DNA from: Limnochordia bacterium
GTDB lineage: Bacteria; Bacillota; Limnochordia; DTU080
DNA: 64,000 nucleotides
Assembly (NCBI GenBank): GCA_050951545.1
Contig: JBMNJG010000003.1
Span: forward strand, 32,001-96,000
Reading direction: 5' to 3'
The notes under the pieces are model-generated. The model saw only the letters and a program-made list of their open reading frames with translations. It made no database searches and was not told the origin of the DNA. Below are positions 49,204-59,300 of this stretch, one piece after another. Position numbers and translations under genes: made by a program. Positions within the stretch are counted from its first letter, which is position 1. Each line of letters opens with the position of its first letter.

Positions 49204-49305
49204 CCATACGGTCTTCGGTAAGATTTGCTCGTGGGTTGACACGCGACCATCGCAGGCTGAGCACGCCGCGTTGATGTCTTAAGAAAACAGGGCCATCAGC
49301 CTAAG

Positions 49306-50466
49306 TCACTGAGATTCATCGAGGAAATGCACGGCATCGGCAACGATCGACGCCGCTTCGCGGATGCTACCCAGATCCACCCACTCATCGGCGGTATGGG
49401 CCTGTTTCAGGCTTCCAGGTCCGAAGACCAAGCTCGGGATGCCAGCGGCAGCCATCTTGCTGGCATCCGTACCGCAGGCGATACCCGCCGGGTCCGAAAG
49501 CAGACCGCGCCTAGCTAACGCTTTCTGTACTGCTACCACTACAGGAGCCCCTAACTCCACCGCGAAAGCGGGGTCGACAACCAGAGTTCGACCCCGGCGC
49601 CATGGTTTGCCCGCCTGTCGGTGGTTCTCCATCCAGGTATCGACCAAATCCAATACGCTGTCCGCATCTTCCCCAGGCACGAGACGCCGGTCCACAACGA
49701 CCCAGCACTCACCCGGCACAGTGTTCACTCCACTGCCGCCACGAATCACTGTTGGCGTCCACGTAGCTTCGCCAGTAAGCGGATGCCCATGCAGGCTTGT
49801 CTGCTCTCCGAACATCTCACTGAACTCCCCGAGCAGCTGCAGCATTTCGAGGATAGCGTTGTGGCCCAGTTCCGGAGTCGAACTGTGACAGGCCAAGCCG
49901 TCGGCCACCAGTTCGAAGCGTACCGCTCCCTTGTGAGCCACTACGGGACGCAACTCAGTGGGTTCCCCTACGATGCAAGCATCGAATTTGTGCTTGCTGC
50001 TCAACCATGAGGATCCCGCACAGCCTGACTCCTCATCAATCGTGCCGCAGAGAAACACGTCGGTCTTCGTGCCACCTGTAGCCCGAAGGAGCTCCATGGC
50101 CATGATAAAGCTAACCATACTGGCCTTGGTATCGCAGCTCCCGCGGCCCACGAAGCGCTGACCTCGACGCTCTCCCCATGGGGGAACAACCATGTCGGTC
50201 ACTTGAACCGTGTCAAGATGACTCAGCAACACGACACGCTTGTCGCCATCTCTACCCGCCAGACGCGCCATGAGGTTAGGCCTGCCGGGTAGGACCTCCT
50301 CAAGCCAGGCCTCGAAGCCTCGATCCAACAGGTAATCCCTTAGCCACTGGCTATAGCGTGCTTCCCCAAACCACGACGGGTCATCTCCTGCCCTCTGGAA
50401 TGCAGGGTTTACGCTTGGAAGACCTACGAGCTGCGCGAGAAGCTCGGCTGCTGCTTCATCCGTCAC
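49306..50466 (-). CDS. M20 family peptidase/deacetylase (ArgE/DapE-like)
   Basis: SHLDTV, GRGSCDTKAS, DEE, GEPT and AHTADEW. Confidence 0.9.
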   Translation of the reverse strand: MTDEAAAELLAQLVGLPSVNPAFQRAGDDPSWFGEARYSQWLRDYLLDRGFEAWLEEVLPGRPNLMARLAGRDGDKRVVLLSHLDTVQVTDMVVPPWGERRGQRFVGRGSCDTKASMVSFIMAMELLRATGGTKTDVFLCGTIDEESGCAGSSWLSSKHKFDACIVGEPTELRPVVAHKGAVRFELVADGLACHSSTPELGHNAILEMLQLLGEFSEMFGEQTSLHGHPLTGEATWTPTVIRGGSGVNTVPGECWVVVDRRLVPGEDADSVLDLVDTWMENHRQAGKPWRRGRTLVVDPAFAVELGAPVVVAVQKALARRGLLSDPAGIACGTDASKMAAAGIPSLVFGPGSLKQAHTADEWVDLGSIREAASIVADAVHFLDESQ

Positions 50467-50517
50467 GTCGACCGTCCTCCCTTGAGCGCCGCATTGCCGC
50501 CTCGCCCTATTCGTATG

Positions 50518-52272
50518 CTACTGCTCGTCACGCAGCGACTCGGCCAAGATGGCCTCGATGTGGTCTGCCACCTGCCGACGGAGAATCTTGAGGGCGCCGA
50601 GAGGGTGCTCAGCGTTCATCGCCCGCACGATAGCCGCCTGGTAGCCTCTTCTCCCCGCCAGGGGCTCTTGCGGCCACCAAGAGCTCCTGAGCTCCTCGAG
50701 GTAGTGTCGGGCCGCTGCACACGCCACAGGAGCACTCTCCCCTCTCTCTTGCATCAGCTGCTCCAACGTGGCCAGATAGCGCAGATCATCGCCACCCTCA
50801 CGATAGGCCTCCCAATGCCGCGTGGACAGAAGGCTCCCATCTCTTGGGTCAATGAAAGCCATACCCATGGTCCCGGAGGCGCCATCCGTATCGTCAAAGA
50901 GGTCTCCCTTCGGCTCAGAGTACGCCCAAATGGCGTGCAATTCGTAGGGCGATAGCCACAAGTAGATACCGTTAATGATACGCATCCAACGGGGATCCAT
51001 CTCCACCTCCTCGGCATTGTAGTACAGCCAGAGCCGATCACCCTCGGGATTCATGTACTCCGCAAGATCGTCAAACGTTCGACCCTTTGCCAACCAAGCA
51101 TCAGCAGCTGCCCCGTGGTAGTTACGTATATGAACCAAAGGGTCGACCCATTGCATCAATGTCTCATCTTCGTGAGGATAAAAGGTGATATAGAACTTCA
51201 GCCCGTCTATCCCTACCGTGGGACGGGTCAAGAGCTCATACCGCTCGCGGACCTCTGTCTTGAAAACCTCATCAAGATGCTGGAGCACGATCTCCACGCC
51301 AAGCTCTTCTTCAAGCTCAATGAGGGCGGTACCAAGGTCCCCGAGAACGCGCTGATACAGCTCCAGCCGTTGCGGTTGTGGTAGGCCATCCAACTGATTC
51401 CACAAACCCGCGAAACCGCTATGCACTACGTAGGGCCCTTCAAAGCCATATTCGCGCATCTCCTCTATCACAGTGCGCACATCAAGAAAATCGGGGACAA
51501 ACCGAAACTCGCCGTCGACCCGCCGAACTCGGTACGTTAGGCTTGGACGGATGATAGCATGCCGCAACCCGTGATCCCGCATATCCTGAAAGTCCCGTCG
51601 CCTCTGCTCAGACGAGCGTGCCCCATAGTTTCTATAGTAGATACTGAGACGCTTCTCGCTATTGCGGAGAGTGAACGGCAGGACCTCCACCCGAATAGGC
51701 AGGCGACACTCACCTTGATGATCAGCAGTCACGCTTACGTGACCTATGTATTCCCCGGCAGCGGCATCTTCCGGCACCTTGACGGTTAGCCAGATCTGTT
51801 TCATCTGCCCCTCGCACAAGCTGAACGGCCGATACGCCTCGAGATAAAAGGGATCGGGTACAAGATTCTCCGAGCGAGGTGTGGCAGAGTAACGCCAGCG
51901 GCGTGCCATCCAGCGAACGCAGCGCATCTCGACGTTCTCAAACGCAATCGCTTGCCCCGACGAACGCAGATCAGTCACGCGCACCTCAACCTGATCCAGG
52001 TCCTGCTGCGCGTAGATGACGAAACTCAAGGGCTCATACTCACCTGGTGTGGCAGATGCAGATAGCTGGTCCGATGCTGATCGCGGCAAACAGTCAGGCC
52101 TTACGTTCTCCATGTGGTCGATGGCCACCAAAGTGAAGGCCTGCGGCGGAAGGGAAAAGCTGTACGCCTCAAGTGCCTGATTCTCAGCTCCCCAAGCCCC
52201 TCCCGACCACACAAGAAGAGCGAAGACAAGAAAGCAGACGGCCACCACGCCTTGTCCTCCAAGACCGTGCAT
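50518..52272 (-). CDS. Secreted hypothetical protein, possible GH123-like glycoside hydrolase
   Basis: Signal peptide; GEYEPLSFVI, IWLTVKVPEDAAAGEY.G, VEVLPF.L, DE and WEAYREG.DDLRYL motifs. Confidence 0.65.
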   Translation of the reverse strand: MHGLGGQGVVAVCFLVFALLVWSGGAWGAENQALEAYSFSLPPQAFTLVAIDHMENVRPDCLPRSASDQLSASATPGEYEPLSFVIYAQQDLDQVEVRVTDLRSSGQAIAFENVEMRCVRWMARRWRYSATPRSENLVPDPFYLEAYRPFSLCEGQMKQIWLTVKVPEDAAAGEYIGHVSVTADHQGECRLPIRVEVLPFTLRNSEKRLSIYYRNYGARSSEQRRRDFQDMRDHGLRHAIIRPSLTYRVRRVDGEFRFVPDFLDVRTVIEEMREYGFEGPYVVHSGFAGLWNQLDGLPQPQRLELYQRVLGDLGTALIELEEELGVEIVLQHLDEVFKTEVRERYELLTRPTVGIDGLKFYITFYPHEDETLMQWVDPLVHIRNYHGAAADAWLAKGRTFDDLAEYMNPEGDRLWLYYNAEEVEMDPRWMRIINGIYLWLSPYELHAIWAYSEPKGDLFDDTDGASGTMGMAFIDPRDGSLLSTRHWEAYREGGDDLRYLATLEQLMQERGESAPVACAAARHYLEELRSSWWPQEPLAGRRGYQAAIVRAMNAEHPLGALKILRRQVADHIEAILAESLRDEQ

Positions 52273-52350
52273 TGTTGATACTCCCTTCCATCAACCCTTG
52301 ACGCTCGGCGCGATGATGGCCTCCGAGTGGCCACCACCACATGATGCAGG

Positions 52351-53652
52351 CTACCGCTCACCTTTGAGGAGGGCGTTGATCCGCCGATGTGCATCCTCCA
52401 GAGCCATACGTACCCCAAGGCTACCCTGGACGATTGGGCCCCGAATAGAGCTCAGAATGGACCGGGTTTCCGACGTGTTCTTGCCGATTGGCAAGTGGAA
52501 GCTAGCTGGATCCACAGCTGTTTCGAGCACTGCCGCGATATTGGGCGGTGGATTGTCGATGAAGTCCCTGTAGCGCCGCGCTACGCGCATGTTGGCTGGA
52601 AACCGTGTGGTTACCTGGGCAAACTGACTGATCGCCTCATCAGTACCGATGAGGAACTTGACCCACTCCCACGCCAGTTCCGGATGCTTCGTGGATTCGA
52701 CAATCTGGAATCCATTCTGAGCCACGTAAGCCCCCCGATTAGCCGGGCCCTTCGGCTGGGGCGCCACGTCGACCCTTACTCCAGCCGCTTGCATGGACTC
52801 AATAGCGGTAGGGCCACTCACCAATGACATCGCTGCAATGCGCTTTGTCATGCCGTCCCAGCCATTGTAGATAACCCCATGGGTCAGGTACAAGTCAGCG
52901 TACCATTGCATGGCCCTCTCCACTGCGGGTTCGTTGAGTCTGCTTTCTGTGGGATCTACATAGCGATCATAGAGCGTCCCACCCGCCTGACGGACAAAGG
53001 CCATATGATCCCACATGCCCGACCCCCCGCCAATGCCCCAGAAGTCCACAACGCCATCACGATTGGTATCGCGGGTCAGTTTCTTGGCCGCCTGTAGCAT
53101 CGTATCCCAGGTCCAGTTCTCTCCCAGCTCGCTGGGCGTAAGCAGACCCGCATCCGCAAAGAAATCTACATCGTAGTATGTGGAAGCCGGGTACACATCA
53201 GCAGGGAAACCCCACATTGCGCCATCAGAGGCCGTCATGGCCTGTATAGCAATCGGAGCATAGTGGTTGAGATTGAGTTGTCGATCACGAGCAAAGAACG
53301 GACGCAGATCGAGAAAATGCCCGTCAGCAGCGAGCGTCCCACCATATACGAGGGCAAACTCGGTGATATCCGGCGCCACGCCTCCGGCCACCATGGTCAT
53401 GAACTTGGATACGCCCGAACCTACCACAAGGTCGATCTTGATATCAGGATTGGCCCGTTCGAACGCCAAGGCCTGACTGCGCACAAACTCCTGCCACGGC
53501 TCACCGTGGTTCGGATAGGTCAAGTGAGTGAGCACCGTTTTCCCATTAGCTACCCAACTAAACAGACTGACGATAACCGCGCCAATGAATAGTCCCTTGT
53601 TCAATCTTTTCCACATTACTCTTTGGCCTCCCCACAGTGTCTTCATGCTCAA
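52351..53652 (-). CDS. Sugar ABC transporter substrate-binding protein (orphan)
   Basis: AGGVAPDI, WTWD...AKKLTRDTNRDG and HPELAWEWVKFL; paralogue of 34238..35500; start uncertain. Confidence 0.88.
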   Translation of the reverse strand: MSMKTLWGGQRVMWKRLNKGLFIGAVIVSLFSWVANGKTVLTHLTYPNHGEPWQEFVRSQALAFERANPDIKIDLVVGSGVSKFMTMVAGGVAPDITEFALVYGGTLAADGHFLDLRPFFARDRQLNLNHYAPIAIQAMTASDGAMWGFPADVYPASTYYDVDFFADAGLLTPSELGENWTWDTMLQAAKKLTRDTNRDGVVDFWGIGGGSGMWDHMAFVRQAGGTLYDRYVDPTESRLNEPAVERAMQWYADLYLTHGVIYNGWDGMTKRIAAMSLVSGPTAIESMQAAGVRVDVAPQPKGPANRGAYVAQNGFQIVESTKHPELAWEWVKFLIGTDEAISQFAQVTTRFPANMRVARRYRDFIDNPPPNIAAVLETAVDPASFHLPIGKNTSETRSILSSIRGPIVQGSLGVRMALEDAHRRINALLKGER

Positions 53653-54408
53653 TGCATTTCACATCAAGTTGCGTTTCCCCTGCATACACATTCCATGTAC
53701 TGACAGAACAAGCAGATGAACCCCCTTGGCGGTTCTAATCCAGCATGAGAGCCCAGCGAAGGTCCCGTCACTGCACTTTTCCCACTGGCGTTGACTCGGA
53801 AGGTTCCTGCGGCGACCTCTATCGAACGATCGAGGAGTGCCACGGAGCAACATCGATACTGCAACCCCGACGAAGCGCACAGCGCTAGTCATGGTGCATA
53901 GCGCCGAACGGTCGTCGGACGTCTAGTCAACGCTTGACGATAGGCTGTAGCTGTAACCATCAGAACGCTGTAATGGGGTGAATTGCTGCCACGGCGCCGT
54001 TATCCGCTTGCTGTCGGTGAGAGCGATGTCAAAATGGCCCCGTGTGCTGCCACCCCTCTACCGCAAGTGCTTACGAGATCTCGGCCGACTATCCAGGTGT
54101 GGCCATGAAACGCATCGACAAGCACCTGGGATGACATCCACCAGGTGGGCCAAATCGCCGCCGAAGAGGTTGTTAGGCTGCTCACCATGGGGCTCAGGAA
54201 AACACGGCCGCAGCTCGGGATAACCCTCAAGTAGCGCCTTGGGATAACTACCTGCCAACGTCAGCCATGCTCTACGAAGGTGGACACGAAGCGACCAGCT
54301 GCTGGGAGTACGGCCTCCCGGCCAACTTTGCGGAAGGTATTGAAGAAGTGATAGCGGCCGCGCCTCGCTCAGTGCAAGGCGTTTTGGACACTTTGCAGGC
54401 AATCGGCT

Positions 54409-54834
54409 TTACTGAGGAAATGGATTACGATAATTGACGCCCTCAATAGACGCGCTCCCCGGAAGATCCTCACTCAGGATGAGCTCTATCTGGTTGAGGT
54501 GGGCCACGGCCCATACCTGGGCGTCCCAAAATGACATGCGATACGTGACAACTGCCCGTGCCGCCTCTCTTACCACCGCTGCTGTGACTGGTACTACCTC
54601 AACGCATTGTCTCAGTCGATCTATAGTGGTTAAGGCTTGCTCTAACGACAGCGGCTCAGGGATCTTCTGTGTGACCACCACGAAGAACTCGGCCAGGACC
54701 TGGGCTGAACAAACCGCTTGCTGGCTAGTGATCAAGTCGTCGAGTAGCCTGGCGGAAATCTGCTGCTTCGCCGGCCACTCCCGATCGTACGCGTAGACCA
54801 GGACATTCGTATCTACAAAGATCCTAGGAACCAT
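54409..54834 (-). CDS. vapC: PIN-domain toxin (VapC family)
   Basis: FVDTNVLVYAYD, QVLAEF, SFWDAQ, LSED and NPF; start overlaps the antitoxin stop. Confidence 0.88.
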   Translation of the reverse strand: MVPRIFVDTNVLVYAYDREWPAKQQISARLLDDLITSQQAVCSAQVLAEFFVVVTQKIPEPLSLEQALTTIDRLRQCVEVVPVTAAVVREAARAVVTYRMSFWDAQVWAVAHLNQIELILSEDLPGSASIEGVNYRNPFPQ

Positions 54835-55111
54835 AGAGATCGCTCCGCCGCCAGCGGCGAGCCCCCTCTCGAGTGCCTGAGCTTCCACCCACCCCGCTTC
54901 TACTCCGTTGACGGATGAAGGCCAACTCCTCTTGCCAGACCGCTTGGTTCGGTCCCGTACGCGGGCCAACACCTCTTCCGAGGCGTGCATCTAGCGCGGC
55001 GCGCACCACCTCGCCTTCGCTAACCCGATACTTGGCGGCGGTTTCTTTGAGCATGACGTCCTGTTGAGATGTAATATACAGCTGCTTCCGTTTCATTCTG
55101 GCGTCCTCCAT
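54824..55111 (-). CDS. Ribbon-helix-helix (CopG-like) antitoxin
   Basis: MKRKQLYIT..Q...LK..A....VSEGEVVRAALD and C-terminal WRRSDLY; SD-preceded ATGs at 55111 and 55096. Confidence 0.82.
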   Translation of the reverse strand: MEDARMKRKQLYITSQQDVMLKETAAKYRVSEGEVVRAALDARLGRGVGPRTGPNQAVWQEELAFIRQRSRSGVGGSSGTREGARRWRRSDLYGS

Positions 55112-55303
55112 AATACACCTCCTACATCGGAGTATACATCGCCGATTCGGATCATTCAAGGAGCCGTAGCAAAAGCCAACGCCCCACACTGAGAGGTTTT
55201 CGGCACGCGACGCCGAAGAGCGCGTCTTGCAGTTTGGACCAAGCATTAGAATACCGAACCATAGAGCCGATGTGAAGCACCAACCCGACTAGGAGGAGGA
55301 AAA

Positions 55304-56557
55304 GTGAAAAAACTCTGGAGCGCGTTACTTCTCGTGGCATGCCTAGCAACAAGCGGCCTAGGGTACACGGTGTGCGCGCCAAGCAAGTCGCCCTGACCTA
55401 CTGGGAAACAGATGTACCCGAGCGAATGGCCGCGGCAGCCGAGATTGTTGCCGAGTTTGAGAAGCAAAACTCGGGTATCCGAGTAGACCTGCAACCTCTC
55501 TCAAATACGGGACGCACCGACAAGCTGGTGACTGCAGTGATAGGTGGTCTAGGCCCCGATGTGGTCTCGTGGTGGGGCGCGGAGTTCAAGCACTTAGCCA
55601 TAGAGGGAATGTGGCTTGATATCGATCCGTATGTCAAGCGCAGCATGACCAGGACTGATCTTAACGACTTTTTCCCTAATCAGATGGCCTATTTCCGCCT
55701 AGGGAACGTGCCGTATGCACTACCTCAGTACGCTGGCACCGTGACCACCCTGGCCAACAAGACGTTGTTTGACGAGGCTAGTGTTACGCTACCCCCCAGC
55801 GACTGGGCCATTGACGACTTTGTAAAAACAGGGCGGAAGCTCACGGCCGACCTCACAGGCAATGGAATACCTGACAAATACGGCTTTGTCTTTCTGCGTT
55901 TTCAAGACCGTCTGGGCATGTCCATTAAGCGCGCCAGGGGCTCTTTGCTCCAGAATAACGACATGCGAACGTTCGGCCTTGATACGCCTCAATCAATTGC
56001 TGCCCTGGAGTGGCTCCAGGACTTGGTTCACAAGGAAAGAATCGCCCCTCAGGGTACCGAAGCAAGATGGCGCATTCAGGCTGGCAACGTGGATACGCTC
56101 ATAACAAAGGGGGCCATGGCAAGTGTCGCAAGCCAAGCTTTACGAAGTGCCATTTGAACTTGCCGTGATTGAGTCGCCCCGGGGCCCGTTGGGGCCAGTA
56201 TCATACCTAAGCTCCGACGGATACGCGATTACATCCACAACCAGGCATCCCGATGAAGCCTATAAGCTCCTTGAGTTTTTGGCCAGCCGCTACGCCATGA
56301 CCGTAAGAGCCAATGTAGCCGGGCTACAGCCTTCTCGCCGATCGGTGGCTCAGTACTGGCTCGACACATTCCCGCGGCAATTCCCGAGCTTGGCCAAAGT
56401 GAGTTGGACAACCTTCTTCAGGGCTACTGAGTATGCAGAACCAGAACCCTATTTCCACAACTACAGCGAGGTCTGGGCTCTGTTGATGCCTGCCCTCAAC
56501 AGAATTTGGAGCGGTGCACCAGCGCGTACGACCATTGACGGGGTGTCGGGGGCTATA
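55304..56557 (+). pseudogene. Sugar-binding protein pseudogene (two frameshifts, interrupted by IS21)
   Basis: GTG at 55304 after AGGAGG. The signal-peptide frame stops at ~55395 and the SBP continues in two other frames (the 55339 and 56123 ORFs). The last codons (IRTILSK*) resume after the IS at 59010-59035. Confidence 0.85.
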
Positions 56558-56670
56558 TGTTTTTGATAGCCTCAAGTAGGGCCAAATGATCATCGAGAAT
56601 GAGGCCACCAAAATTATCCAATTCCCTGTATGCTTGAGTTGCGAAACAGAGCATACGGGGGGAAACTGGA

Positions 56671-58188
56671 GTGGTTAAGGTGGCCAAGGTTAAGGATATC
56701 ATTCATCTCTACGAACGGGAAGACTGGTCCAAGCGAAAGATTGCGAAGCATTTCGGGATTTCGAGGGGGACAGTGGATCGCGTGGTGGCCAACCCCGACA
56801 GATATCTGCCAAAGTCGGAGCCTGTCGATCGCACGTCGTCAAAGATGACCACCCAGATCATGGCCTTCATCGATGGCATCATCGAGAGCGACAAGAAGAT
56901 CAACCGTAAGCAGCGCCATACGAGCAGGCGGATATGGGAAAGGGTCATTGAGGAGTTCGGCGAGGACAGCTCGCCGGCAGAGTCGACGGTACGGCGGTAT
57001 GTGGGTAAGGTTAAGAAGCGCAATCCCGAGCCGTTCATCCCCCTGGGCTTCGTTGCGGGGCAGAGCATGCAAGGGGATTTTGGAGAGGTCACGGTAAAGA
57101 TCGACGGTGAGAAGTGCAGAGTCTATTTCTGGGCACAACGCTTGAGTTACAGCAGAGCCACATGCGTCGGCGTATACTCCCGAGCGACTCAGGAGTGCTT
57201 TCTGGACGGCCAGCAACGGGCGCTGCAGTTCTTCGATGGCGTCCCGGTGATGCATATCATCGACAATCTGAAGGCCGCTATCAAGAGTGGCTTAGGCAGA
57301 AACGCCGTTGAGACCGAGCGCTACGATGCCTTTCAGACTCACTACGGCTTTCGTACGGAGGCCTGCAACGGAGCATCAGGTAACGAAAAAGGCCAGGTAG
57401 AAAGCCTTGTGGGGTTCATCCAGAGAAACTGGTTCTCCGGATTGCCTGAGTTCAATGCCTGGGAAGAGCTGATCGCGTATGTGGACACGCAAAACGTGCG
57501 TTACCTAAAGCGTCACCACCCGGAGGAGCGAGGGCGTACGGTGGGCGAGCTCCTCGAAGAGGAACGCCGCGTCTTACGAGCGCTTCCACCACCTTTCCGG
57601 TGCTGCAAAGAGGGCCCGGTAACGGCTTCGAAGACCAGCCTCGTGACATATGACACAAACCAGTATTCTGTTCCGACGGAGAAACGACTGGAAGCGCTGA
57701 CTCTTAGGGCCTATCCTTGGCATGTCGAAGTCCTCTGTGACCACCAGGTGATCGCAACGCACGTCAGGTCATACGTAAAGCGGACCGTCTCCTTTGAACT
57801 ATCGCATTACCTGACGGCATTACTGCGCAAACCCCGTGCTCTGCCGTTTGCGAAGCCATTCCAGCGGGCTTGCCTCGAACCCATCATGCGGCAGCTCTAT
57901 GATCGTCTGCTTGAGGTGGACCCTGATCGCGCTAATCGTCGCTGGATAGAGATTGCCATCTGGGGTATGGAGTTGGACCCGGCCAGGTTCTACAGAACTA
58001 TTGAGCAGGCACTTAAGCTGGACCGATTTGATATGGAGAGCCTCCGTTACCTCCACACCCAGTTGGATTTGGAGCCGGGTCAGCCCAAGTCAGAACCGGC
58101 GAAGGTTGAGGATCGCCTGAGCTTCCCAATCGTACACGAATCGATCAATCGCTTCTCAGAGCTTCTTTCGGGGGGCATGGGCCTGTGA
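56671..58188 (+). CDS. istA: IS21 transposase IstA
   Basis: N-terminal HTH, QGDFGE, IDNLKAA, EKGQVE and NQYSVP. Confidence 0.95.
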   Translation: MVKVAKVKDIIHLYEREDWSKRKIAKHFGISRGTVDRVVANPDRYLPKSEPVDRTSSKMTTQIMAFIDGIIESDKKINRKQRHTSRRIWERVIEEFGEDSSPAESTVRRYVGKVKKRNPEPFIPLGFVAGQSMQGDFGEVTVKIDGEKCRVYFWAQRLSYSRATCVGVYSRATQECFLDGQQRALQFFDGVPVMHIIDNLKAAIKSGLGRNAVETERYDAFQTHYGFRTEACNGASGNEKGQVESLVGFIQRNWFSGLPEFNAWEELIAYVDTQNVRYLKRHHPEERGRTVGELLEEERRVLRALPPPFRCCKEGPVTASKTSLVTYDTNQYSVPTEKRLEALTLRAYPWHVEVLCDHQVIATHVRSYVKRTVSFELSHYLTALLRKPRALPFAKPFQRACLEPIMRQLYDRLLEVDPDRANRRWIEIAIWGMELDPARFYRTIEQALKLDRFDMESLRYLHTQLDLEPGQPKSEPAKVEDRLSFPIVHESINRFSELLSGGMGL

Positions 58189-58949
58189 GTACAGAAGTGA
58201 TACCTTCTTACCTCAAGACGCTTGGACTACCCGGTATTGCCCGTTCTTATGAGAAACTAGCCGCTCAGGCCCGGCGCGACCAGTGTGGATACGAAGAGTT
58301 CCTGCAGAGCCTTTTGCAGGAGGAGTTGCAGAATCGCAAAGTGAGCCGTGTTCGGACGCTCCTCAAATCGGCACGATTCCCTCTGCTGAAGCAGCTAGAC
58401 ACGTTTGAGTTCGACGAAATCCCTTCTCTCAACCGACAAGTGGTGAAGGAGCTCGCCAGGAATCACTACATCCCCGCTAAGGAAAATGTCCTGATCTGTG
58501 GCAACAGCGGCACGGGAAAGACACATGTCGCCACCGCGTTAGGCATATCAGCCTGCGAAGCTGGGTACCGGGTCCGTTTCACCACAACGCAAGCGCTGGC
58601 AAACGACCTGCTTGCAGCCAGGGAGGAGCATTCGCTCAACCGGTACGAGAAGCAGTGGTCGAGGATCGATTTGGCGATCATCGACGAGCTGGGGTACTTA
58701 CCATTCGATGCGACTACGGCCCAACTCCTATTCCAGTTCATCTCCGCCCGCTACGAACTCGGGAGCATCATGATCACGACCAATCTCGAGTTTGCTCAGT
58801 GGACGGAAGTCTTCGGTGACGAGCGCATGACGATTGCCCTGCTCGACAGGCTGACCCATCGTGCACACATCCTACTCATGAACGGAGAAAGCTATCGGTT
58901 CAAGAACAACCGGCGCGCCAGCCAAGGAGGTGATGCGCCGAGCGCGTAA
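58185..58949 (+). CDS. istB: IS21 helper ATPase IstB
   Basis: GNSGTGKTH, IIDELGY, ITTNL, LLDRLTH and GESYR. Confidence 0.96.
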   Translation: MSTEVIPSYLKTLGLPGIARSYEKLAAQARRDQCGYEEFLQSLLQEELQNRKVSRVRTLLKSARFPLLKQLDTFEFDEIPSLNRQVVKELARNHYIPAKENVLICGNSGTGKTHVATALGISACEAGYRVRFTTTQALANDLLAAREEHSLNRYEKQWSRIDLAIIDELGYLPFDATTAQLLFQFISARYELGSIMITTNLEFAQWTEVFGDERMTIALLDRLTHRAHILLMNGESYRFKNNRRASQGGDAPSA

Positions 58950-59039
58950 CCCCGACAGGGTGGCTCTATTCTGGTGATCAAATGGCCTCATTCTCGATTG
59001 ACAAACACACTATACGAACCATACTGAGCAAATAGCACC

Positions 59040-59300
59040 TCGCAAAGGCTCAGCTGTGGCACCGGTTGCCCAGGGGCAACCCTGTGAGCTGCAGAGAAAG
59101 CAAACGTCCCGCACTTGGCGGGACGTCTAAGGGTTTGCCGCCAGCGAGCTACTCTCCCGCGCCTTCAGCTGGCCTTTGCTTCGCAAAGGCTCAGCTGTGG
59201 CACCGGTTGCCCAGGGGCAACCCTGTGAGCTGCAGCAAAAGCAAACGTCCCGCACTTGGCGGGACGTCTAAGGGTTTTGCCGGCAGCGAGCTACTCTCCC
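59040..59300. repeat. Tandem duplication (period ~141 bp) including the 5S 3' end and the rrn terminator
   Basis: 59040-59158 and 59181-59300 are nearly identical; each contains the ACGTCCCGC-ACTTG-GCGGGACGT hairpin and a GCCG.CAGCGAGCTACTCTCCC segment. Confidence 0.9.

Larger units (their letters stand above)
56558..59009 (+). mobile_element. IS21-family insertion sequence
   Basis: TG...CA ends, imperfect inverted repeats with internal GAGAATGAGGCCA repeats, and a 5-bp target duplication CTATA (56553-56557 / 59010-59014). Confidence 0.93.

Noticed and set aside
53940-54020. GGGGTGAAT motif suggesting a c-di-AMP (ydaO) riboswitch
   Set aside because: The other conserved blocks (GCGGGGGACCC, CCGTCAGCTAAC) are absent.
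55152-55382. 76-aa minus-strand hydrophobic ORF as a type I toxin
   Set aside because: No SD seen, and it overlaps the SBP pseudogene start and its purine-rich SD on the other strand.
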